A DNA stretch of 37,800 nt, from the NCBI GenBank assembly GCA_027317055.1, contig DAHVFK010000001.1, positions 1-37,800 of the forward strand, written 5' to 3'. The notes beneath the pieces were generated by a model. The model did no database searches. It was not told the DNA's origin and worked only from the letters and a program-made list of their open reading frames with translations. This DNA comes from Betaproteobacteria bacterium (GTDB lineage Bacteria > Pseudomonadota > Gammaproteobacteria > Burkholderiales > SG8-39). Within the stretch, counting starts at the first letter, position 1. Each line of letters begins with the position of its first letter. The translations under genes and the position numbers were made by a program. This document shows positions 31,322 to 37,800 of the stretch, piece after piece.

Positions 31322-32073
31322 TATTGCACCGTCGAGAGGTAGCCGATCGTGCCGGAGGCGTCGGCGAAGGCCGAGCCGTCGAGTTCGCTGATCGCCCACT
31401 CGTCGATCTTGTTCGGCAGCATCAGCTTCGAGGCGATGCACGCATTCAGGCGCAGCGCCTGGCCGAGGCCCTGATAGGTCTCGAACAAGGTCAGCTTGAA
31501 GGTCGGCGTGGTGCCTTGGAGCTGGTTGGAAATCGTGGTTTTGAAGCCGGTCGCGCTGACGTTGTAGGTGTAGGAGATCAGCACGGCGGCGCTCTCGTCG
31601 GCGGCAGAGAATGTGTAGACGCCGGTCGCGGCATTGACCGAATACTGCCCGGCGGTGGTCGGGGTCGTCACCCGCTGGAAGGCCAGCCCGGTCGCGGCAT
31701 AGACGACGCCGAGGTCATCGTTGAAGGTCGCGGCGTTGGCCACGGTGACCGTGTAAGGCGTGGTCGCCGGAACCGCTGCGGCTTCGAGTTGCGTCACCCC
31801 GAATTGGCCGGCCGCCGGCGACGAGCCGAAGAACAGGTCGGAATAGAGGTTGCCGAGGATCTGGGCGAATTTCGCGTTGAACGTAATCTTGCCCTGGCCG
31901 CGCGCGATTGCGACCGGGAACTGGGATTGCCCGTAGAGCGGCTTGTCGGTGAAATCGAAGGTCACCGAGATATCCTGAAGCCTGCCGAACTGGCGCGGGC
32001 CGATGCCCGTACCGGTCACATCGGTGCGCTCGCCCCAGAGCGCGCCGACGCCAAAGCTCAATTCAACCGACAT
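31321..32073 (-). CDS. major tail (tube) protein candidate (250 aa)
   Basis: Beta-rich and sits immediately upstream of the G/GT chaperone and tape measure. Confidence 0.6.
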   Translation of the reverse strand: MSVELSFGVGALWGERTDVTGTGIGPRQFGRLQDISVTFDFTDKPLYGQSQFPVAIARGQGKITFNAKFAQILGNLYSDLFFGSSPAAGQFGVTQLEAAAVPATTPYTVTVANAATFNDDLGVVYAATGLAFQRVTTPTTAGQYSVNAATGVYTFSAADESAAVLISYTYNVSATGFKTTISNQLQGTTPTFKLTLFETYQGLGQALRLNACIASKLMLPNKIDEWAISELDGSAFADASGTIGYLSTVQ

Positions 32074-32245
32074 TTTCGTGATCCTGGGCTGGCGTCTCGG
32101 CGATCACCGCGGCGGGTGGCGCGAGGCGGCGTTTCAATTCTTCCTTGGCGGCGAAGGCGACGTTCCATGCGGCCGTGTCGCGCGCGACCGCCGAGCCGGG
32201 GAAGTGGTCGCTCCACCAGCGCTCGATCATCTCGTTGGTATCCAT
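32063..32245 (-). CDS. small hypothetical protein (60 aa)
   Basis: ORF between the gp10-like and tube genes. Overlaps the tube start by 11 nt. Confidence 0.4.
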   Translation of the reverse strand: MDTNEMIERWWSDHFPGSAVARDTAAWNVAFAAKEELKRRLAPPAAVIAETPAQDHENVG

Positions 32246-32248
32246 TGG

Positions 32249-32716
32249 CTATTCCTTCAGTGCGGCATCGACGGCGGCGGTCAGCCCGGCCTCGATCTGC
32301 GGGCGCATCTCGGCGAGCGCCGAGCGCAGAAACGAGCGCTCGGGCAGCGGCGGGTGCCTCACGCTGCGGCGAAAGATGGTCCGGCCGCCGATCTCGAAGC
32401 GCAGCGAGCGCGCGTTCCGGGCCTCGATCAGCCAGGCGTGCGAGACGCCGAACTCCTGGAACCGGCCGTATTTGACGTTGGTGCCGACCGTCGCGGTGAC
32501 TTCGCTCTCGCTCGTCCTCGTCTCGGTGTTGATCGACGAGCGCAGCGTCCCGGTGCGGACTTTCAGCACTTGGCCGGACAGCTTGCGCTGCACCTTGCGC
32601 TGCAATTTGAGGGCGAGCTTGGTGACCGCGCGGGCGAGCTCGTGGCGCTCCCGGGTCGGGATGGCGTCGAGCCGGGCGATCAGCGCGCGGTCGCCGATCA
32701 GCTCGACCGTGATCAT
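32249..32716 (-). CDS. HK97 gp10-family head-tail joining / tail completion protein
   Basis: VGTNVKYGRFQEFG motif and 155-aa size. ATGA overlap with the upstream gene. Confidence 0.75.
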   Translation of the reverse strand: MITVELIGDRALIARLDAIPTRERHELARAVTKLALKLQRKVQRKLSGQVLKVRTGTLRSSINTETRTSESEVTATVGTNVKYGRFQEFGVSHAWLIEARNARSLRFEIGGRTIFRRSVRHPPLPERSFLRSALAEMRPQIEAGLTAAVDAALKE

Positions 32717-33141
32717 TTGCTCTTCTCGACCTTGGTATTTGTGAGATCGACCGAGAGTCGCCCGATCAGCTCGGAAACCTGGCTGGTCAGGGTAAGAACC
32801 GACTCGTCCAGCGTGGCAATCTGTGGACGAAATTCATCGCCCAGCGCCTTGATGCGCGTGGCGTAATCCAGAAGGACGTCGCCCATCTCAGCCGCCAGGC
32901 CGGTGACGCGCGCTTCGAGCTGCTCGACCGTCGTGGTGAGGCGCTTTTCCTCTTGTGTCGGCGGTTGCTCGGGCTCCGGGTCGCCGGGGAAGCGGAAGCC
33001 ATGGCTCTCGACGAGCGCGCCAGCCTGTGCCGCCGGAACCCATACACAACCGTCGCCGGCGTCTTCCCAGGTGCTTGCGCTTGCCGCGTTGGGCGCGCGC
33101 AATTTGACCGTGCCGGCGACCGCCGGGCGGCTTTCGATCAT
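32713..33141 (-). CDS. hypothetical virion-module protein with C-terminal coiled coil (142 aa)
   Basis: First ORF after the capsid gene's 149-nt gap. Confidence 0.5.
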   Translation of the reverse strand: MIESRPAVAGTVKLRAPNAASASTWEDAGDGCVWVPAAQAGALVESHGFRFPGDPEPEQPPTQEEKRLTTTVEQLEARVTGLAAEMGDVLLDYATRIKALGDEFRPQIATLDESVLTLTSQVSELIGRLSVDLTNTKVEKSK

Positions 33142-33290
33142 GATGGTGGCCTTTCAGAAAAATGCGGCGGATGGCGCCCTTGCCCCTTGTCACCCCGGAG
33201 AGCGGGGATTGCCCCGGCCCGAACGCCAGGGAGGAGCACCTGTGCCGACGCCGCCGCGCGCCGGTCGAGTTCTGCTCTCCGGTATGCAGT

Positions 33291-34805
33291 CTATCCGTTG
33301 GCGATGTTGGTGATGACGCCCATCGCAAACGGGGCGTAAACCGCCAGCACCTCTTCGGCATAGACGCCGACTTGGCGCTGGCGGGTGACGATCGGCCAGT
33401 CGATCTGGTAATAGTCCTGCCGGGTTTTCAGCTCGGCGACGTTCGGCACTTCGTTCGACTGGTACTGAATCGGCAAATTCTCGGCCCAGCCGATGATCGT
33501 GCCGGGTGGCACCCGCGGGTGGATCTTGATCGGGATGCGCAGCCCGCCGTAGATGGCGAACGGGTTATAGTAGAAGCCGATCGTGCCGCTGGCGGTCAGC
33601 TGATATTCGCCGCCCTCGGTTCCATCGGCCGGGCGGTCGTAGCGCAGCAGCGGCCCGGAGCTGTTCGACAAGACCTTGGTGGTGATGTTCTTCAGCTCTT
33701 GCGCGTTGACATAGAGCACGGTCGGCGACAGCTCGAAATTGTTCCACATCGTCTGGAACATCGTGTCGATCTCGTTGATCGAGCCGCGCCCCGATGCGGT
33801 CAACGGCGTGCCGACGCCGGCGGTCCCGGTCGCCATGGTGTTGACATAGGCGTTCGAGCCGGGCTTCAGCGCCGTGGTCAAGAGGCCGTCATAGGCATAG
33901 GCGGCGTTGGCGCTGTTGTCGGCGCTGGCTGCCGAGGCGGCCTGCGTGCCGGTCGTGAGCGGGGCCGAGAAGGTGGCCGAGTTGAGAGTGGTGATCGCCT
34001 GCAAGAGCGGAGTGCCGGCGGTGTTGGTGGTGCCGACATACCAGGCATAGGCGACCGCGCCCTGGATCGGGGCGACCGAGGCCGCGAGCATATTGGTTCC
34101 CGCGGTGATCGCCTGGCCGGCCGATATCGCGCTGGCGATCGACGAGCCGCCTTTGAGGGTGAAGGTGTTGCCGTCGACGCCGGTGACCGTCTTGGTGGTG
34201 GCGACGCCGGTCGCGACGCTCGAATTCTGCCAGCCTTCGAGGGTCAGCGCGACGCACTGCACGTAATAGGTCGCGCTCGGCAGGGTCGAGGCGGCATTGG
34301 CGATCGCCGAGGGCGTGACAGTTCCGACAGTACCCAGCGCAAGGCTCGCGTTGCCGGCGAGGATCGCCATCTCCTCCTTCAACATCATCTTCTGCAAGAG
34401 CCGGAAGGTCATCCGCGCCTGGATGTCCTCGAAGTCGCGGCCGGCGCTGATCGCTTCAAAGGTCGCGGCGTCTTCCTCGCCGATGGTGACGAAGGTCGCC
34501 GACTTGTTCGCGGTCGAATAGCTCATCTGGCCCGAGCGCTGGCCTTCCGGAACCCAGCCCATCGCGTCGAAGCCCGACCCGATGATGGCATTGACTTGGC
34601 GCCAGTTGGTCGCGGTGCCGACGCCGCCGCCGACCCGCGGCATGACGTTGCGGATCGGGGTGACGAACGGATAGAGGTTCTTGGCCGGGGCTTGCAAATC
34701 GTAGGCGACAAGGCCGGTCGCGGTCGAAATCGACTTGGCAAGGTCGTCGTTCGGGTTTCGCAGCGACGCCTTGAGCAGATCGAGGGAGTCCTGTGTAATG
34801 CTCAT
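33291..34805 (-). CDS. major capsid protein (504 aa, probably HK97-fold with a large insertion domain)
   Basis: Position downstream of the protease-scaffold. N-terminal NLYPFVTPIRNVMPR and C-terminal pattern typical of capsid proteins (recalled). Followed by a long hairpin-rich gap. Confidence 0.75.
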   Translation of the reverse strand: MSITQDSLDLLKASLRNPNDDLAKSISTATGLVAYDLQAPAKNLYPFVTPIRNVMPRVGGGVGTATNWRQVNAIIGSGFDAMGWVPEGQRSGQMSYSTANKSATFVTIGEEDAATFEAISAGRDFEDIQARMTFRLLQKMMLKEEMAILAGNASLALGTVGTVTPSAIANAASTLPSATYYVQCVALTLEGWQNSSVATGVATTKTVTGVDGNTFTLKGGSSIASAISAGQAITAGTNMLAASVAPIQGAVAYAWYVGTTNTAGTPLLQAITTLNSATFSAPLTTGTQAASAASADNSANAAYAYDGLLTTALKPGSNAYVNTMATGTAGVGTPLTASGRGSINEIDTMFQTMWNNFELSPTVLYVNAQELKNITTKVLSNSSGPLLRYDRPADGTEGGEYQLTASGTIGFYYNPFAIYGGLRIPIKIHPRVPPGTIIGWAENLPIQYQSNEVPNVAELKTRQDYYQIDWPIVTRQRQVGVYAEEVLAVYAPFAMGVITNIANG

Positions 34806-35014
34806 GTTCCCATCCTTGGCGGGGATTGCGCTTCCGTGGCGCCGTCCCCGTCCTTTTCGGGCGCCAGCTTGAAACCTGCGTTGTGTATCAGATGCCGGGC
34901 GGCCTCGCGCGGCACGCGCACGGTGCGGTCGTTGCCGACGCGGTAGCGCTCGGTGCCGTGGTTCGCCTCGTCGGTGCCCGGCGGCGCGACGAGGGTGACG
35001 AAATCGGGCATCAC
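34802..35014 (-). CDS. small hypothetical protein (70 aa)
   Basis: ATGA-type overlaps at both ends. Confidence 0.5.
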   Translation of the reverse strand: MMPDFVTLVAPPGTDEANHGTERYRVGNDRTVRVPREAARHLIHNAGFKLAPEKDGDGATEAQSPPRMGT

Positions 35015-35268
35015 GCGCGGCCTGCGGCCGGCATCGCCTCGAACCGCTCGCGCGCTTCCCAGCCGGCGACGATGCCGGGCACCGCGTCGGCGATGTCGCG
35101 ATAGACGCTCGCCGCTCTCTCGGTTCCGTAATGGGCGACGAGGAGGGGCGTCAGCACGGTCGGCAGCGCCGCCATGACGACGCGCCAGCCGAGCTGATCG
35201 CCGATCGAGCGCACGGTCATCACCAAGAGGCGCACCGCCTCGCGCTCGGCGTCGAATTCCTCAGCCAT
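35011..35268 (-). CDS. small hypothetical protein (85 aa)
   Basis: 8-nt overlap with the protease-scaffold stop. Confidence 0.5.
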   Translation of the reverse strand: MAEEFDAEREAVRLLVMTVRSIGDQLGWRVVMAALPTVLTPLLVAHYGTERAASVYRDIADAVPGIVAGWEARERFEAMPAAGRA

Positions 35269-37156
35269 TGGCGGCGCTCGCCGTGCCGGGGATGTTGGCG
35301 ATGCGGATCGGCCGCGTCTTGGCCGCCTTGATCAAGAGCATCGCCTGCTCGTCGGGGCTCATCTTGCCGATAGCCGCGGTCAGCTCCTCGTCGGTCATGC
35401 CTTCGGCGCCGCCCTTCTCGATGCGGGTCAGGCCGGCGGCCGAGCGGGTGAGCGGCGGCAGCGGTTGCCTTGCGATCTGCTCGACGGTCTTGCCGATCGC
35501 GTCGAGCCGCGGCCCGAGGTCGAGCATGGCCTTGGCCAGCGCGTCGCGTTCGGCGGTCGCCTTGGCGAGGTCCGCGGCAACGGCAGCCTTCCCCGCCTCG
35601 AACTCGGTGCCTTGGTGCTCGCCTTCGCCGGCCGCATCGCACTTGGCGCCCGCCGCGGTGAGGTGATCGTGCGCCTCTTGCAGGTGCGTCATCATCTCTT
35701 TCGAGTGGCGCGCGCCGGCCTTCTCGGCCGCACACGTCTTGCCGTCGGTCAGTTTGCCGATGCAGCCATGCGCCACGTCCATCAGCGCCTGGTGCGCCTT
35801 GCCGCGCTTGCCGAGCGCCGCCTCGATCAGATCGAGCACCTTGGCGGTGTTGACCGTGCTGTTGTGGCCGAGCGTGTAGACGCCCGCCGGGACTGGCGGC
35901 TGCTGCGGCGCGTGCGAGGCGTTGTTCGCGGTATCCTGCGTCGCCTCTTCGCTGGCGCCGGCGGCTTTGAGGCATTTGGCGCACTCGGCCATGTGGCCTT
36001 TTTCGCCAGCGGTCAGCCCGTCCATGCCGGCCGCCTTGGTGACCGCCATATGCGCCACATCCAAGAGCGCCTGGTCGCCGGCAGAGCGGCGCGCCTTTTC
36101 CGCGCGGTCCTCAAAATGCTTGGCGCGGCCGGCAAACCCGGACTTGGTGAGGCTCGACGAAATCGCCGCCATCGCCATCTCGTCGTCGCCGTCGCCGTCC
36201 ATCAGCTCGCTCGTTTCTTCGGCGACGAGCGCATTCAACTGTTCGCAGAGATCCTTGACCGTGGCGCGGAGCTTTTCGGCGGCCGGGCTGTCGTCCTGTT
36301 CGATGAAGGCTTCGAGCGCCAGCGAGTCCGCGATTTCGTCGAGCTGCAGGATCACGCTGGCGATGCTGCCGACATTCCACAGATGCTTCTGCAGCGAGGC
36401 CTGTGTGGTTTTCGCCTCGTCGTCGGCGCTGGGCGGCCCTTTCGGGTCGATCTTGTCTTTCCATGCGGCGACGATCTTGGCCTTGATGCTCTTGACCTGC
36501 TCGGCCGAGTATTTGCCGGAATTCTTCGGCTTGTTGATGTAGGACCAGGCGGCGCGGATGTGCTTTTCGCTGTCGATCGGGTAGCGCTTCTTTTTGTCGC
36601 TCTGGTAGCCGGGGTCGGCATACTTCACGTCGCCATAGGGCTTCTCGCCGTCGCCCTTGGCGTCGCCGCCCTTGATCAGCGCCTCGGCTCGCGCGATCGC
36701 GGCGAGCAGTTGCGCGATCGGGTCGTCCGGCTCCGCCCCGCGCTTGAAGCAGTCGAACACCGCCTCTGGGTTGGCCGGGCGGTCGACCAGGCTGATCTCG
36801 TCGAGCCGCAGCCCGGTGATCGTCTTGTAGTCGGCCGGGTCGCGCGCGGTGACCTTGCCGCCGATCGAATAGCCCTTGTAGACGCCCTCGATCACTTTTT
36901 CCCAGGCGTCGTCATCGACCACCTTGGCGCCGACATAGAGGCCGCTTTCGTCGACAGCGGCTTCCTTGGCGACGCCGACCGCCGAGAGCTGGTGCATCTC
37001 GCGGATGTTGCCGAACTGCATGTAGTCGGCGAGCGCGCCCTTGATCGCGTCGCGCTTGACGACCTCGCCCTGGTCGTCGCGCGCCTCGGTCGACGCATAG
37101 CCATAGACCATGCGCTTTGCCGCATCGACCTTGGCGAACGGCAGGTAAATCTTCAT
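35261..37156 (-). CDS. prohead protease (S78/HK97-like) fused to a scaffold-like domain (631 aa)
   Basis: True start MKIYLPFAKVD at 37154-37156 with AAGGA upstream. GYASTEARDDQGEVV..., MHQLSAVG and GYSIGG motifs. The long helical C-terminus ends near the capsid gene. The track's 194-aa N-terminal extension is rejected. Confidence 0.8.
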   Translation of the reverse strand: MKIYLPFAKVDAAKRMVYGYASTEARDDQGEVVKRDAIKGALADYMQFGNIREMHQLSAVGVAKEAAVDESGLYVGAKVVDDDAWEKVIEGVYKGYSIGGKVTARDPADYKTITGLRLDEISLVDRPANPEAVFDCFKRGAEPDDPIAQLLAAIARAEALIKGGDAKGDGEKPYGDVKYADPGYQSDKKKRYPIDSEKHIRAAWSYINKPKNSGKYSAEQVKSIKAKIVAAWKDKIDPKGPPSADDEAKTTQASLQKHLWNVGSIASVILQLDEIADSLALEAFIEQDDSPAAEKLRATVKDLCEQLNALVAEETSELMDGDGDDEMAMAAISSSLTKSGFAGRAKHFEDRAEKARRSAGDQALLDVAHMAVTKAAGMDGLTAGEKGHMAECAKCLKAAGASEEATQDTANNASHAPQQPPVPAGVYTLGHNSTVNTAKVLDLIEAALGKRGKAHQALMDVAHGCIGKLTDGKTCAAEKAGARHSKEMMTHLQEAHDHLTAAGAKCDAAGEGEHQGTEFEAGKAAVAADLAKATAERDALAKAMLDLGPRLDAIGKTVEQIARQPLPPLTRSAAGLTRIEKGGAEGMTDEELTAAIGKMSPDEQAMLLIKAAKTRPIRIANIPGTASAANG

Positions 37157-37180
37157 CGGCGATCCTTTTGGGAGCGGGCA

Positions 37181-37205
37181 GCAAAAAGGCGGCCGAAGCC
37201 GCCGC
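37181..37205 (-). terminator. Rho-independent terminator between the junction-spanning gene and the protease-scaffold gene
   Basis: Minus strand reads GGCGGC-TTCG-GCCGCC followed by TTTTTGCTG. Confidence 0.65.
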
Positions 37206-37229
37206 AGCCGCGCAACATAGGTTACGCGG

Positions 37230-37800
37230 TTAGGTCGTGGTGCCTTGGATGCGCAGATCGGCGCTGCCCTTGTAGGCGGTGGTGCCGGCCGGCAAGGTGA
37301 GGCGCATCCAGACACCCTGCGCGCCGGCGCTGTTCGGCGCGGCGCCCGAGGGCAGGTTGCCCGGCGACGGCACGTTGACGAGGGCGGGCTGGGTCGAGAA
37401 CGCGCCGCAGCCGGTCGGGACGAAGCTCGAAATCTGCTGGCGCGGGTTGGCGGTGTTGGTGTCGTTGAGCGCGGCGCAAAGGCCGATGTCGAGCAACGCG
37501 CCAGAGGGTCGTCCAGTCGCGGTTGATCGCCACAACATCGGTGCCGTAGCCGGCGGTCGCGACGATCTGGCGGATTTGGTTCGGCCCGGTGCCGCCGGTG
37601 GTGCGGATGATCATCCCGGACGAGACGCTGGCGCCGTCGCCGGTCTGCAAGAAAAACAGCGGCGGAGTGGTGCCGGCGGTATTGGCCGAGCCCGCCCGCG
37701 CGGTGTGCGCCGAGACGGTCGCGGTGTGGGCAAAGCACGCCACGTCGCCGACCGCCGCAGTGCCGCCCGGATTGGCGAGCGGGAACGAGCCCGCGACCGC
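37230..37800 (-). CDS. 3' part of the junction-spanning virion-module gene; frame disrupted near 37503-37512
   Basis: Frame of ORF 37222-37743 reads ...IVATAGYGTDVVAINRDWTT and then degenerates. Protein-like sequence resumes as GALLDIGLCAALNDTNTANPRQQ...RIQGTTT in the frame of ORF 37230-37538. Confidence 0.55.
37674..37800. repeat. Terminal direct repeat, copy 2 (identical to 1-127)
   Basis: Same comparison as copy 1. Confidence 0.95.

Noticed and set aside
33142-33290. Terminator in the 149-nt gap after the capsid gene
   Set aside because: There are several short GC hairpins and a T5 run (minus strand near 33160-33166). The stem adjacent to the T-run is only ~4 bp, so it is not confident enough to annotate.
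37157-37738. N-terminal extensions of track ORFs (35261-37738 as 825 aa, 26871-28487 as 538 aa, 4490-5914 as 474 aa, 5758-6219, 12153-12743, 12762-13487, 13474-14034, 30938-31441)
   Set aside because: The extensions are Arg-rich nonsense overlapping upstream genes. Internal ATGs with RBSs, or with stop/start coupling, give sensible N-termini (signal peptides, MKIYLPF...).
1-37800. Diversity-generating retroelement, CRISPR array, retron or known defence operon
   Set aside because: No reverse-transcriptase-like ORF, no template/variable repeat pair, no regularly spaced short direct repeats and no recognisable defence-gene motifs (ATPase/nuclease pairs) were seen on either strand. Absence is judged by eye only.

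Overview
The window is a GC-rich (about two-thirds G+C by eye, not computed), gene-dense temperate tailed-phage genome. It closes on itself: bases 1-127 are identical to 37674-37800, so the real unit is 37,673 bp, circular or terminally redundant, and one gene spans the junction. All calls rest on hand translation, motif recall, RBS/start inspection and gene order. No database search was possible.

Architecture: two divergent arms start at a compact cI/cro-like switch (about 15109-15170) and meet stop-to-stop at TGATCA (23918-23923).

- Rightward arm (15169-23920): XRE repressor, small early genes, YqaJ-like exonuclease, RecT, J-domain protein, Xis-like HTH, tyrosine integrase, a tRNA-3'-end-like candidate attP, then two cargo genes.
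- Leftward arm (15109 down through base 1, continuing at 37673 down to 23921): Cro-like protein, GapR/DUF2312-like protein, Cys-rich protein, RusA, a two-gene secreted-protein moron (one a PEP-CTERM protein) closed by an intrinsic terminator, a replication protein with embedded iterons, a serine recombinase translationally coupled to terS/terL, a four-gene insertion between terL and portal, portal, Mu-F/SPP1-gp7-like protein, the junction-spanning gene, protease-scaffold fusion, major capsid, gp10-like protein, tail tube, G/GT chaperone, tape measure, two large signal-peptide-bearing fibre/depolymerase-like proteins and two small membrane proteins.

The most unusual features:
1. About eight Sec-type signal-peptide proteins. 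Two of them sit where Dit/Tal/baseplate genes are expected.
2. A phage-borne PEP-CTERM sorting substrate.
3. No recognisable endolysin.
4. Three genes whose conserved reading frame is interrupted or lacks a canonical start.
5. A dyad-symmetric face-to-face promoter switch with an apparently leaderless cro.

GapR-like, RcGTA-like chaperone and PEP-CTERM features suggest an alphaproteobacterial host, possibly Sphingomonadales; this is inference only. Many long ORFs in the supplied track are antisense high-GC artefacts or carry spurious N-terminal extensions, and I trimmed starts accordingly.
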